Positions 1-10,216 of a DNA stretch of 64,000 nt are shown here, in pieces. This DNA is from Alphaproteobacteria bacterium (lineage in GTDB: Bacteria > Pseudomonadota > Alphaproteobacteria > UBA828). The notes under the pieces are model-generated. The model was given only the letters and a program-made list of their open reading frames with translations. It did no database searches and was not told the DNA's origin. The stretch spans positions 146,749 to 210,748 of the forward strand of contig CBDCRW010000002.1 of the NCBI GenBank assembly GCA_965221125.1, read 5' to 3'. Position 1 is the first letter of the stretch; every line of letters starts with the position of its first letter. The position numbers and the translations under genes were made by a program.

Positions 1-51
1 GGCGGGCGCGGCCCGCTACTCTTGCGCCCTCTTCAAGAGCGGGAGCGGACG

Positions 52-867
52 ATGGAAATTTCGTGTGAGGGCCGGCGCGCGGTGGTGACCGCAGGCGGGT
101 CGGGGATCGGGCGGGTCATCGCGGAGACGCTGGCGGCCAACGGCGCCGCCGTCTTCACCTGCGACGTCCAGCCCGGACTGGTCGAGGACGTGCGGAGCAG
201 GAGGATCGGCGCGATCGAGGCCGACGTCGCCGATCCGGCCCAGGTGGACCGGCTGTTCGAGGTCGCGGCGGAGGCCATGGGCGGCGTCGACATCCTCGTC
301 AACAACGCCGGGATCGCCGGCCCCACCGCCCACGTCGAAGCCATCGAGCCCGCCGACTGGGACCGCACGATCGCGGTCAACATCTCCGGCCAGTTCTATT
401 GCGCGCGCCGCGCGGTGCCGCTCATGCGCGCGGCCGGACAGGGCGCCATCGTCAACATCTCGTCCACCGCAGGGCGCATGGGCTTCCCGCTCCGGCTCCC
501 CTATGCGACATCGAAGTTCGCCATCACCGGGCTTACCAAGACGCTCGCCATCGAGCTGGGCCCGGCCAACATCAGCGTCAACGCGATCCTGCCGGGCTAC
601 ATCCTGAACGAGCGGGGCAGACGCGTGGTCCGCGCCAAGGCCGAGGCCGCCGGGCGCACGGTGGAAGAGATGCAGGCGACCATCCTGCGCAACATCGCCA
701 TGCGGACGGGCATCACGGAGCAGGAGATCGCCGACCTCGCGCTCTACCTCTGCTCCGACTCCGGCCGCCACATCTCGGGCCAGCTCCTCGGCGTCGACGG
801 CATGTTCGACACCTACATGGGCATGGACAACCTCGACGACCCGCCGTCCGGCGCGGCCGGCGCGTGA
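52..867 (+). CDS. SDR family oxidoreductase
   Basis: VVTAGGSGIG, NNAG and YATSK motifs; ATG at 52 preceded by GGGAG. Confidence 0.9.
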   Translation: MEISCEGRRAVVTAGGSGIGRVIAETLAANGAAVFTCDVQPGLVEDVRSRRIGAIEADVADPAQVDRLFEVAAEAMGGVDILVNNAGIAGPTAHVEAIEPADWDRTIAVNISGQFYCARRAVPLMRAAGQGAIVNISSTAGRMGFPLRLPYATSKFAITGLTKTLAIELGPANISVNAILPGYILNERGRRVVRAKAEAAGRTVEEMQATILRNIAMRTGITEQEIADLALYLCSDSGRHISGQLLGVDGMFDTYMGMDNLDDPPSGAAGA

Positions 868-1604
868 TCGTCCTCTTCACGGATTTCGGGCCGGGCGGGC
901 CGTACACGGGCCAGATGAAGGCCGTGCTCGCGCGCGAGGCGCCGGGCGTCCCCGTGGTCGACCTCGCGGACGACCTGCCCGCCTGCGATCCCGAGCCCGC
1001 CGCCTATCTGCTCGCGGCCTTCGCGCCGGCCTTCCCGCCGGGCGCGGTCTTCGTCTGCGTGGTCGACCCCGGCGTGGGCAGCGCGCGGGCGCCGGTGGCG
1101 GTGAGCGCCGGCGGTCGCTGGTACGTCGGCCCCGACAACGGCCTCCTCGCCATCGTCGCCCGGCGGGCGGACGACGCGCGCTGGTTCGCCATCGACTGGC
1201 GGCCACCCACCCTCTCCGCCTCCTTCCACGGCCGCGATCTCTTCGCGCCGGTGGCGGCGCAATTGGCGCGCGGGGACGCGCTGCCGGGCACGCCGCTGGA
1301 CGGCGCCCCGGCCGGCGCCGACTGGCCGGACGACCGGGCCGCGATCGTCTACATCGACCCCTACGGCAACGCGATGACCGGAATCCGCGCGGCCCGGCTG
1401 GCGGAGGACGCGGTCGTCGTCGCAGGCGGCCGGCGGCTCCAGAAGCTGCGCACGTTCTCCGACGCCGCAAGGGGCGCGGCCTTCTGGTACGAGAACGCGA
1501 ACGGGCTCGCCGAGGTCGCGGTCAACCGGGGCCGCGCGGACCGGGTTCTGGGTCTCGGCGTGGGAACGCCGGTCCGCATCGAGACGGCGGGCGGCGCGGG
1601 ATGA
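864..1604 (+). CDS. DUF62 SAM hydrolase / SAM hydroxide adenosyltransferase family protein
   Basis: LFTDFG, VVDPGVGSAR, GPDNG, SFHGRDLF and IDPYGN motifs; GTG start overlaps the upstream TGA (GTGA). Confidence 0.88.
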   Translation: MIVLFTDFGPGGPYTGQMKAVLAREAPGVPVVDLADDLPACDPEPAAYLLAAFAPAFPPGAVFVCVVDPGVGSARAPVAVSAGGRWYVGPDNGLLAIVARRADDARWFAIDWRPPTLSASFHGRDLFAPVAAQLARGDALPGTPLDGAPAGADWPDDRAAIVYIDPYGNAMTGIRAARLAEDAVVVAGGRRLQKLRTFSDAARGAAFWYENANGLAEVAVNRGRADRVLGLGVGTPVRIETAGGAG

Positions 1605-2332
1605 CGGGCTGGCGGCCGAACGGAGACCAGATTCGCGCGGGCGCGCTCGCCGGCGCCGACCTCTCGGGCTTCGACCTGCAGGGCTTCCACTTCCGCCAGG
1701 CCGACCTGCGCGGTGCCAGCTTCGCCGGCAGCATCCTGCGCGAGGTCGACCTCTGGGCCGCCGATCTCACCGGCGTCGACCTCACCGGCGCGAACCTGCG
1801 GCTTGCCACCTTCAAGGGTGCAAAGCTGCAGGGCGCGCGGCTCGCCGGCGCGGACCTCTGGAGCGCCGATCTCAAGGTCGCCGACCTGGACGGCGCCGTT
1901 CTCTCGGAGTGCAATCTCGCCCAGGCCGAGCTTGCCGGTGCGAAGTGCCGGGGCGCGGACTTCAGCGGCGCCGAGCTCTACTGCGCCGACCTGCGCCTCG
2001 CCGACCTGGAGAACGCCAACCTCGGCCGCGCCGACGGGCGCCTCGCCAAGCTGGAGGAGGCGGTGCTGATCGGCGCCAACCTGCGCGAAGCGAATTTCTC
2101 GGGCGCGAGCTTCAAGCGCGCGCGCCTCGCCACTGCCGACTTCGCCGGCGCCTACCTGCGCGAGGCGAACTTCCGCGAGGCCGATCTCATCCGCGCCGAC
2201 TTTCGCGGGGCCGAGGTGGCGGACGCCTTCTTCGGCCAGGCCAACCTCGACGGCACGGTGATGCCCGACGGCACCATCGAGTCCGCGGCGCTGCGCCACT
2301 GGTCCCCGCCGCCGGAGCCGGACGAGGATTGA
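1601..2332 (+). CDS. pentapeptide repeat protein
   Basis: long run of A(D/N)L/Fxx repeats ending in MPDG; ATGA overlap with the upstream gene. Confidence 0.9.
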   Translation: MTGWRPNGDQIRAGALAGADLSGFDLQGFHFRQADLRGASFAGSILREVDLWAADLTGVDLTGANLRLATFKGAKLQGARLAGADLWSADLKVADLDGAVLSECNLAQAELAGAKCRGADFSGAELYCADLRLADLENANLGRADGRLAKLEEAVLIGANLREANFSGASFKRARLATADFAGAYLREANFREADLIRADFRGAEVADAFFGQANLDGTVMPDGTIESAALRHWSPPPEPDED

Positions 2333-2504
2333 AGCGCGTCCGTCATGCACGGACGCGCTTCAGGCCGCGACCGCGGCCCGCCGCGAATGCGGCGCGCCCG
2401 CATCGTGCGCTCCGCGCGCGTTCCGCGCGACGGCGCCGGTCGAAGACCGGCTGCCGTGAGCGATAAAGGCATAGAGCGTTTCCGTGCAATACGGATACGC
2501 CCTA
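2329..2504 (-). repeat. dispersed two-hairpin intergenic repeat (RIME-like), family A copy 1
   Basis: reverse complement aligns with 33619-33767, with terminal palindromes and the shared core GCCTTTATC..CGGCAGCCGGTCTTCGACCGGCGCC. Confidence 0.85.
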
Positions 2505-4187
2505 CCGCCCTTCGTTCCCGAAGCCGTCGTCGACGACGACATCGAGGAGCGTCGGCCCGTCGCGCCGGGTGGAGTCGGCGAGGGCCGGCGCGATGTCGTC
2601 CGCATCCGTGATCCGCAGCGCGGTCACCCCGAGCGAGCGGGCGAGGCCGGTGAAGTCGATCGCCGGGTCCTTGAACTCCATGCCGGCGTAGTGCTCGACG
2701 CCGTGAAACGATTTCAGGCGCTCCTTGATGATGCGGTAGCCGCCGTTGTTGGCGATGACGTAGGTGATCGGCAGCCTGGCGTTCGCGGCGGTCCAGAGCG
2801 CCTGGATGCTGTACATCGCGCTGCCGTCGCCGACGACGGCGACGACGGGCCGGTCGGGAAGCGCCAGCTGCACGCCCACCGCGCCCGCCATAGCGAAGCC
2901 GATGCCGCCGCTGCCGAGGCCGAAGTACGCCCTGGTGTCGCGGAAGGGATAGAGCGCGGGGAGCGCGCGGGCGCTCAGGATCCCCTCCTCCACGATGACC
3001 GCGTCGGCGGGCAGGGCGTCGACGAGCCGGAGCATCGCGAGGTCCGGCGCCATCGGCGTCTCGCCCGCGCGCGCACACGCGGTGGCGCGGACGGCCTCGC
3101 GCTTCGCGGACCAGTTGGAGGGCCCGAGCGCCGCAATCGCGGCTTCTGCCTCGGCGGCTCCTGCAGCGCCCCGCCTGCTCGCGATCAGGCCGGCGAGGGC
3201 GGCGAGCGTCTCCTTCACGTCGGCGCGCAGCGCGATCTCCGCCGGGTAGTTCTTGCCCATCTCCCAGTCCCGGAGGCCGATCTGGACCACGGCCAGGCCG
3301 TCGGGCATCGGGTCGGTCTCGCTGAACACCGACATGCGCAGCACGTCCGAGCCGATGCAGAACATCAGGTCGTGGGGCGCAAGGGTCTCGCGGATCTCGC
3401 GCTGATCGCGCGTGAGCGCGCCCATGAAGGCCGGGTGCTCGGAGAGGAAGTGCGCCCCGTCGCACACCGTCTGCTGGTAGACCGGCGCGCCCAGCGCCTC
3501 GGCAATCCTCGCCGCTTCCGCAAGGGCGCCCGAGGTCGCGACTTCGTGCCCGGCCACGATGACCGGGCGCCGCGCCGCGAGCAGGCGGTCCGCCAGGCGA
3601 CCGAGCGCCGCGTCGCTCGGCCTGCCGGCCGCATCCACCCGCGTCGGCTGGCCGAGCTCGAGCGCGTCCTGCTCGTTGAGAATGTCGCCCGGCAGCGAGA
3701 TGAACACCGGGCCGGTGGGCGGCGTCGTCGCGATCTTCGCGGCACGGCGCAGGATGCGCGGCAGGTCGCGCAGCCGGCTCACCTCCACCGCCCACTTCAC
3801 GAGCGGCTGCGCGATCGGCACCAGGGGCGCGTAGAGCAGCGGCTCGGTCAGCCCGTGGCCCTGCTCCTGCTGCCCGGCGGTGACGATGACCGGCGAGCCC
3901 ATCCACTTCGCGTTGTAGAGCGAGCCCATGGCGTTGCCGAGCCCCGGCGCGACGTGGACGTTGCAGGCGCTGAGAGCGCCCGAGGCGCGCGAGTAGCCGT
4001 CCGCCATGGCGACCACCAGGGCCTCCTGCAGCGCCATGACGTATCTGATCGCAGGCCGGCCGGGGAGCGCCGCCATGATCGGCAGCTCGGTGGTGCCGGG
4101 GTTGCCGAAGAGATGCGATACCCCCTCGCTCTCGAGCAGCGCGAGGAAGGCGTCGCGGCCGAAGATTGTGTTCATGGCGTCGGACAT
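2502..4187 (-). CDS. ThDP-dependent enzyme, benzoylformate decarboxylase-like
   Basis: FGNPGTTELP, LQEA and the GDGS..NN ThDP-binding motif; start MSDAMN at 4187. Confidence 0.88.
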   Translation of the reverse strand: MSDAMNTIFGRDAFLALLESEGVSHLFGNPGTTELPIMAALPGRPAIRYVMALQEALVVAMADGYSRASGALSACNVHVAPGLGNAMGSLYNAKWMGSPVIVTAGQQEQGHGLTEPLLYAPLVPIAQPLVKWAVEVSRLRDLPRILRRAAKIATTPPTGPVFISLPGDILNEQDALELGQPTRVDAAGRPSDAALGRLADRLLAARRPVIVAGHEVATSGALAEAARIAEALGAPVYQQTVCDGAHFLSEHPAFMGALTRDQREIRETLAPHDLMFCIGSDVLRMSVFSETDPMPDGLAVVQIGLRDWEMGKNYPAEIALRADVKETLAALAGLIASRRGAAGAAEAEAAIAALGPSNWSAKREAVRATACARAGETPMAPDLAMLRLVDALPADAVIVEEGILSARALPALYPFRDTRAYFGLGSGGIGFAMAGAVGVQLALPDRPVVAVVGDGSAMYSIQALWTAANARLPITYVIANNGGYRIIKERLKSFHGVEHYAGMEFKDPAIDFTGLARSLGVTALRITDADDIAPALADSTRRDGPTLLDVVVDDGFGNEGR

Positions 4188-4201
4188 CGGGCCGGCCCCT
4201 C

Positions 4202-5296
4202 CTAGGCGCCCACGTCCACGATGGCCACCACCGGGCCGCCGCCCTGCGGCCCCTGGTGCATCGCATCGACCGAGACGAACACGGCGGGATCGCCGATGGC
4301 CGCCGCCGCGACGCCGCCGACCGCGCCCTTGGAATGGCGGTGGTGGTGGACGTCGGAATCGTCCAGCATGATCTGGCGGCGGCCGCGCAGGCGCGCGGTG
4401 CGGTCGGCCTCGCACTTGATGAAGCAGTTGACGAGCTTGCCGCCGAGATCGGCCGCGCGCGCGCGCTCCGGCAGGTCGAGGCCAGCGTTGCGGATGCCAT
4501 CGTAGATGCCGTCGATGTCGAGCGCGTCCTGCATGACGCCGTGGCCGATGCGGAAGCGCCCGCCGGCGCCGCGCGCGTTGCCGAAGAGGACGATCTGCCC
4601 GCGGTCGAGCTCCACGCCGGACGAGCACGAGGCGACCGAGGAGTAGAGGTCGAGGTTGCGGCAGATTTCCTCCGCCCGCGGCATGGCGACTTCGCCGAGA
4701 GCGACCGCGATGCCGAGCCCGGTGGTGCCGTTGGAGACCCCCATCGATTCGTGGACCTCGCAGGCCGCGCTCTCGCCCCGCCCGTGGGCGTCCTGCACCG
4801 TGTCGATGGTGAGCAGCGGCGTCTTGGTCTGCACGTAGTGGACGTCCGCCGCATCGGCGATGCCGGCGTCGGCCATGGCGGCGCGGACGCCGTCCGCGAT
4901 CTTTTCCACCATCGCCGGCCGGCCGATGTCCTCGGGCAGGATGGGCGCGCTCATGGCGGTCCCCATGGCGAGGCGGAGCGCATCCGGGGGCCCGGTCTCG
5001 TCGTTGCGGGCGAAGACGGTGGCGTGCGGGGTGAGCACGCCGTCGCAGCCGCCCGACCAGACCATGGGGATCTCGCCGACCTCCGCTTCGCTCCGCGCGC
5101 CATGCGCGAGGAGGACGCCGCGGAAGGCGTTGTCCGACAGGATCCGGGTGAAGTCGTTGACCCCGCCGTTGCCCTCCGTCTTGCCGATCACGGCGACGAC
5201 GGAATCCGCCGCCATGCGGCCCGACGCGATGAGTTCCTCAAGCCCTGAGGCGTCCGAGACCGACTTGATCTCGACCTTCGCGACGTCGATGGCCAT
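4202..5296 (-). CDS. ring-opening cyclic amide hydrolase, barbiturase-like (AtzD/Bar family)
   Basis: [44 protein letters not shown] and [12 protein letters not shown] motifs. Confidence 0.9.
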   Translation of the reverse strand: MAIDVAKVEIKSVSDASGLEELIASGRMAADSVVAVIGKTEGNGGVNDFTRILSDNAFRGVLLAHGARSEAEVGEIPMVWSGGCDGVLTPHATVFARNDETGPPDALRLAMGTAMSAPILPEDIGRPAMVEKIADGVRAAMADAGIADAADVHYVQTKTPLLTIDTVQDAHGRGESAACEVHESMGVSNGTTGLGIAVALGEVAMPRAEEICRNLDLYSSVASCSSGVELDRGQIVLFGNARGAGGRFRIGHGVMQDALDIDGIYDGIRNAGLDLPERARAADLGGKLVNCFIKCEADRTARLRGRRQIMLDDSDVHHHRHSKGAVGGVAAAAIGDPAVFVSVDAMHQGPQGGGPVVAIVDVGA

Positions 5297-5316
5297 GTCT
5301 CCCTCCCCTGCCGCTC

Positions 5317-6570
5317 TCAAGCCCAGGCCGTGCGCCGCTGCGTCACGGTCTCGGCGACGACGCGGCCGCGCTTGATGACGTGGGTGCGGTCGGCCCGCCG
5401 GGTCAGCGCCTGCAGCGGGTCGGCCGCGTCGATGACGACCAGATCGGCGACGCAGTCGGGCGCCGCGCCATAGTCGGCGAGCCCCATGGTGCGCGCGGCG
5501 GCGCCGGTCTGCATGTCGAAGACGGTCTCGATCTCGTGCGGGCGGCTCATGTGCGCGGCGTGGCTCGCGAGGAAGGTCACCTCCAGCGGATCGCCGGTGC
5601 CGAAGGGGTAGAACGTGTCGCGGATGCAGTCCTGACCGCAGGAGACGTTGACGCCCGCCTCCAGCAGCTCCTTCACGCGGGTGATGCCGCGCCGCTTGGG
5701 CTGCGCGTCGCCCCGCCCCTGCAGCATCAGGTTGGTCGCCGGGTTCACGATCATGTGGATGCCGGCGTCCCGCACGAGGCCGATGACGCGGTTGGCGTAG
5801 TTCTCCTCGTAGCCCGCGAGCGCGCAGGTGTGGCCGGCGGTGACGCGCCCCTGCCAGCCGTTCTCCATCGTCTGCTCGGCCAGCATCTCCAGCGTCTTGG
5901 CGTCGGGGTCGTCGGTCTCGTCCACGTGCATGTCGATATCGGCATCGTGGTGCTTCGCGATCTCGAAGGCGAGCGCAATGTGGCGCGCGCTCTCCGCCGG
6001 CGAGGCCTCGTTGAAGGGCATGCCGCCCACCAGATCGCAGCCGGCCTCCATCGCCTTCCACATGAGGTCGTGGGTGCCCTTGTCCTTGAAGATGCCCTCC
6101 TGCGGGAAGGCCACGATCTGCACGTCGGCGATGTCGCGGGTGCGCTCGCGCGCTTCGAGAACGCCTTCGAGGGGGCGCAGGCCGCCGATGCTGTCCACGT
6201 CGACGTGGCTGCGAAAGCGCGTGACCCCGTGGGCGACGGCGGAGCGGATGGTGCGCACCGCGCGCGCGGCGATTTCCTCCACCGTGTAGGCGCGCTTCCG
6301 CGCCCAGATGATCTCGATGGCCTCGTCGAGCGTGCCCGACGCGTTGGGCCTCACGTCGTCGTTGATCTGCGCCTTGTCGAGGTGGATGTGCGGCTCCAGA
6401 AAGCCGGCCACGCAGAGGCGCCCGCCGGCATCGACGGTGCGCTCGGCCGCAGCCGCGCCGCCCGGAGGCGCGTCGACGAAGCGGCCGTCTCGGGCGAAAA
6501 GGTCGCAGGGCGCGTCCTCCCGCCAGAGGCGCGCGCCTGTGATCGCGAGGTCGACCCGGTCGTCCGTCAT
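5317..6570 (-). CDS. metal-dependent deaminase, cytosine/creatinine deaminase (CodA/AtzC)-like
   Basis: [26 protein letters not shown] and [13 protein letters not shown] motifs. Confidence 0.88.
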   Translation of the reverse strand: MTDDRVDLAITGARLWREDAPCDLFARDGRFVDAPPGGAAAAERTVDAGGRLCVAGFLEPHIHLDKAQINDDVRPNASGTLDEAIEIIWARKRAYTVEEIAARAVRTIRSAVAHGVTRFRSHVDVDSIGGLRPLEGVLEARERTRDIADVQIVAFPQEGIFKDKGTHDLMWKAMEAGCDLVGGMPFNEASPAESARHIALAFEIAKHHDADIDMHVDETDDPDAKTLEMLAEQTMENGWQGRVTAGHTCALAGYEENYANRVIGLVRDAGIHMIVNPATNLMLQGRGDAQPKRRGITRVKELLEAGVNVSCGQDCIRDTFYPFGTGDPLEVTFLASHAAHMSRPHEIETVFDMQTGAAARTMGLADYGAAPDCVADLVVIDAADPLQALTRRADRTHVIKRGRVVAETVTQRRTAWA

Positions 6571-6584
6571 CGTTCGCTCCTTCC

Positions 6585-7994
6585 TCAGCCGCCAGCGTCC
6601 GCAAGGCGGGCCAGAGTCTCGTCCCGGCCAAGCGCCGCCATGACGGCGAAGATTCCGGGCGACGCATGGGAGCCCGTGAGCGCCGCCCTGAGCGGTTGCG
6701 CGACCTTGCCCAGCCCGACCCCTTCGCCTTCGGCGAAGGCGCGGACGGCACTCTCAAGCGCCGCCTGGTCCCACGCCGCGCCATGCTCCAGGGCGGCCTT
6801 CAGGCGGGCAAGACGGGCGCGCGCCTCGCTGCCCGCGTCGCCGATCAGCTTCGCCGCCTTGGGCGTCATGGCGTCTCGCGGATCGCGAAACAGGAACGCG
6901 AGGTTGTCCGCCAGCTCGACCAGGGTCTTGGCGCGCGCCTTGGCCTCGGGCAGCAGGGCTGCGATGCGCCGGCGCCCCTCGGCGGTGGCGGCCAGCGGGT
7001 ACGTTGCGGCGAGGCGGGGCTCGACCTCGGCCAGCAGGTCCGAGTCCGCGCTCTCGCGGATGTAGTGGCCATTCAGGCTCTGCAACTTCTCCATGTCGAA
7101 GCGGGCGGCGCCCCGGTTCACCGCCCCTAAGTCGAACCAGGCGATGGCCTGGGCGGTGTCGATGATCTCGTCGTCGCCGTGGCTCCAGCCCAGCCTCAGC
7201 AGCGCGTTGCGCATGGCGGCGGGCAGGATGCCGTCATCGGCATAGGCGCCGATGGCGACCGCGCCGTGCCGCTTGGAGAGCTTCGCGCCGTCGGCGCCGT
7301 GGATCAGCGGGATGTGCGCGTAGGCCGGCGGCTCCCAGCCCAGCGCGCGGAAGAGCTGGGTCTGGCGAAAGGCGTTGCTGAGGTGGTCGTCCCCCCGGAT
7401 CGCGTGGGTGATGCCCATGTCGTGGTCGTCGACGACCACCGAGAGCATGTAGGTGGGCGTGCCGTCGGCCCTGAGCAGCACCATGTCGTCGAGCGCGCTA
7501 TTGTCGATTTTGACTTGTCGTTGTACCAAATCCGATATGACTGTCTCCCCCTCCTGCGGCGCCCGGAAGCGGATGACGGGGTCTGCGCCGGGCGGCGCGT
7601 CCGCCGGATCGCGGTCGCGCCAGCGGCCATCGTAGAGCGCGGCCCGGCCCTCGGCGCGGGCCTCGGCGCGCATGGCCTCCAGCTCCTTCGGCGAGCAGTA
7701 GCAGCGGTAGGCCCCGCCGGCGGCGAGCAGCCCGTGCGCGACCTCCACATGGCGCTGCCGGCGCTCGGACTGCCGCACGATCTCGCCGTCCCAGTCGAGG
7801 CCGAGCCAGCCGAGCCCGTCGACGATGGCGGCGATGGCCTCGGGAGTCGAGCGCTTGCGGTCGGTATCCTCCAGGCGGAGCAGAAAACTGCCGCCGTGGT
7901 GGCGCGCGTAGAGCCAGTTGAAGAGGGCGGTCCGCGCGCCGCCGAGATGCAGCATGCCGGTCGGCGACGGCGCGAAGCGCGTGACGACGCTCAT
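6585..7994 (-). CDS. gltX: glutamate--tRNA ligase
   Basis: [15 protein letters not shown] (HIGH) and KLSKR (KMSKS) motifs. Confidence 0.97.
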   Translation of the reverse strand: MSVVTRFAPSPTGMLHLGGARTALFNWLYARHHGGSFLLRLEDTDRKRSTPEAIAAIVDGLGWLGLDWDGEIVRQSERRQRHVEVAHGLLAAGGAYRCYCSPKELEAMRAEARAEGRAALYDGRWRDRDPADAPPGADPVIRFRAPQEGETVISDLVQRQVKIDNSALDDMVLLRADGTPTYMLSVVVDDHDMGITHAIRGDDHLSNAFRQTQLFRALGWEPPAYAHIPLIHGADGAKLSKRHGAVAIGAYADDGILPAAMRNALLRLGWSHGDDEIIDTAQAIAWFDLGAVNRGAARFDMEKLQSLNGHYIRESADSDLLAEVEPRLAATYPLAATAEGRRRIAALLPEAKARAKTLVELADNLAFLFRDPRDAMTPKAAKLIGDAGSEARARLARLKAALEHGAAWDQAALESAVRAFAEGEGVGLGKVAQPLRAALTGSHASPGIFAVMAALGRDETLARLADAGG

Positions 7995-8128
7995 GTGCGG
8001 TCTCACCCCCGGCAGGCGGCCCGGCGCTTGGCCGCGGATCGGAACGGTCGAGCGTTTAGCATATCGCCCGGCGGCAGGCGACCGGCGGCGGCACGTGCAA
8101 GGCGCCTTCGCTGCGCGAGCTTGCCCGC

Positions 8129-10186
8129 GTGCTGAGGCGCCTGGCCGGGCTGCGCCTCCATCTCGCCTCGGTGTGGGCTGCCGAGCGTCAGCGCGTGTTC
8201 CTCTGGGTGCCGGTGCTGTTCGGCGCGGGCGGCGGCCTCTATCTCACCCTGCCGGCGGAGCCGGTGGGCTGGATCGCGCCGGCGGCCGCCGGGATTTTCG
8301 TGTCGGGCGCGCTGCTCGTGCGCCGGCACACGGCGCCGGCCCTCGCACTTGCGGCGCTGGCGCTGCTCGCCGCCGGCGTCGCCGCCGCCGACTGGCGCAC
8401 CGGGCGGGTCGCCGCGCCGGTGCTGGAGGAGCCGATCGGCCCGGTCGATGTGACAGGGCGCGTGGTTTGGGTCGGCGCCGGCGACGGCCCGCAGCGCTAC
8501 CTGCTCGACCGCGTGCGCATCGAGCGCCTGGCCCCGGAGGCAACGCCCGCGCGCGTGCGCCTCAGCGTGCGCAGCACGGGCCCGGACGGCCTGGCCGCGC
8601 CCGGATCGTGGCTCACGGCGCTCGCCTCGCTCAGGCCGCCGCCGGCGCCGGCGGAGCCCGGCGCGTGGGACTTCGCGCGGCAAGCGTGGTTCCAGCGGAT
8701 CGGCGCGGTCGGCTTCGTCTACGGCGCGCCGCAGCCGTTGGCGGCGTCTGAGGGCGAGGGCGGCGGGCTGCTCTCGCTGCTCTCCCAGGTGCGCCACTGG
8801 GTCTCGGCGCGGATTCTGGCACACACCACGCCGTCTGCAGGACCCTTCGCGGCGGCGCTGCTCACCGGCGACCGGAGCGCCATCGAGAAGACGACGCTGC
8901 AGGCCATGCGGGACTCCGGCCTGGCTCATCTGCTGGCGATCTCCGGGCTTCACGTCGGCCTCGTCGCCGGGTTCATCTTCTTCGCCGCGCGCGGGGCGCT
9001 GGCGCTGATCGAGCCGGTGGCGCTGCGGATGCCGATCAAGAAATGGGCGGCGGGATGCGCGCTGCTCGGCGGTGCCGCGTACCTGTTGCTGTCCGGCATG
9101 AGCGTGCCGACGCAACGGGCGTTCGTCATGGTCGGTTTCGTGCTGCTCGCGATCATGCTGGACCGGGCGAGCATTTCCATGCGCCTGATCGCCCTGGCGG
9201 CGCTCCTGGTGCTCGCGCTCGCGCCCGAGAGCATGCTGGGCCCGAGCTTCCAGATGTCCTTCGCCGCGGCGACGGCGCTGATCGCGACCTACGAGGCGGC
9301 GCGCCGCCCCTTCGCCCGGCTGGCGGCGCGGGGCGGCCTCGCGCTCCGCCCCCTCGTCTACGCGGCGGGCGTGGCGCTCACCTCCCTCGTTGCCGGCATC
9401 GCCACCGGCCCGTTCGCGGTCTACCACTTCAACCGCATCGCCGACTACGGGCTGGTCGCGCTCGTCCTCATGCCGCTCGGGCTCGAAGGGCTCGCGCTCG
9501 CACCCATGGGCTGGGGCATCGACGCGGTGGTGTGGATCGCGAGCCGGGTCGCCGAACAGCCGGGCGCGGTCACGCTGGTTCCGGCGATGCCGGCGGCTGC
9601 GCTGCTTGCCATCGTGGTCGGCGGCCTCTGGCTCTGCCTCTGGCGCAGCCGCTGGCGCTTTCTCGGGATCGCCGTGATCGGCGGCGGCATGGTGATCGCG
9701 GGCCTGGACCGGAGGCCGGACATTCTGATCGACGGCGAGGCCAAGGTGATGGCGGTGCGGGGCGAGGACGGGCGGCTCTGGGTCTCCACCCGCAAGCGCG
9801 GGCGCTTCGTGAGCGACGTCTGGCTCAGGCGGGACGGACAGGCGGAGCCGCTGACCTGGCCGCGCGCCGGCGAAGGCGCGCCCGCCGCGGGCCTCCGCTG
9901 CGATACGCTCGGGTGCATTCAGCAGCGGGGCGAGAGAATCATCGCCTTCGTGCGCGACCCCCGCGCCTTCGCGGAAGACTGCCGCCGGGCCGATCCCGTC
10001 ATCGCCGCCGTCCCCGCCTGGGATCTCTGCCCGAGCCCTGAGACCGTGGTGGACCGCTTCGACCTGTGGCGGGCCGGCAGCCACGCCATATGGTTCCTGC
10101 CCGACGGCGTCCGCGTGGAAAACGTGACCGAATTGCGCGGAGAGCGGCCGTGGGTCGCACGGCGCACTCCGGCCTGGGAGAAATAG
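8129..10186 (+). CDS. comEC: ComEC/Rec2 competence membrane protein (possible internal in-frame deletion)
   Basis: [18 protein letters not shown] and SFQMSF motifs; lies between gltX and lexA. Confidence 0.9.
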   Translation: MLRRLAGLRLHLASVWAAERQRVFLWVPVLFGAGGGLYLTLPAEPVGWIAPAAAGIFVSGALLVRRHTAPALALAALALLAAGVAAADWRTGRVAAPVLEEPIGPVDVTGRVVWVGAGDGPQRYLLDRVRIERLAPEATPARVRLSVRSTGPDGLAAPGSWLTALASLRPPPAPAEPGAWDFARQAWFQRIGAVGFVYGAPQPLAASEGEGGGLLSLLSQVRHWVSARILAHTTPSAGPFAAALLTGDRSAIEKTTLQAMRDSGLAHLLAISGLHVGLVAGFIFFAARGALALIEPVALRMPIKKWAAGCALLGGAAYLLLSGMSVPTQRAFVMVGFVLLAIMLDRASISMRLIALAALLVLALAPESMLGPSFQMSFAAATALIATYEAARRPFARLAARGGLALRPLVYAAGVALTSLVAGIATGPFAVYHFNRIADYGLVALVLMPLGLEGLALAPMGWGIDAVVWIASRVAEQPGAVTLVPAMPAAALLAIVVGGLWLCLWRSRWRFLGIAVIGGGMVIAGLDRRPDILIDGEAKVMAVRGEDGRLWVSTRKRGRFVSDVWLRRDGQAEPLTWPRAGEGAPAAGLRCDTLGCIQQRGERIIAFVRDPRAFAEDCRRADPVIAAVPAWDLCPSPETVVDRFDLWRAGSHAIWFLPDGVRVENVTELRGERPWVARRTPAWEK

Positions 10187-10216
10187 AGCGCGTCCGCAAG
10201 AGTCGGACGCGCTCTA
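10184..10216. terminator. 13-bp perfect hairpin between convergent comEC and lexA; lone family A palindrome
   Basis: TAGAGCGCGTCCG-caagagt-CGGACGCGCTCTA, containing both TAG stop codons. Confidence 0.75.

Noticed and set aside
864-1604. Possible fluorinase or chlorinase
   Set aside because: It has the DPGVG..R and FHGRD residues of the SAM hydrolase subgroup, not the halogenase-type loop.
1601-2332. Qnr/MfpA quinolone resistance gene
   Set aside because: Generic A(D/N)Lxx repeats with no feature specific to Qnr and no mobile context.
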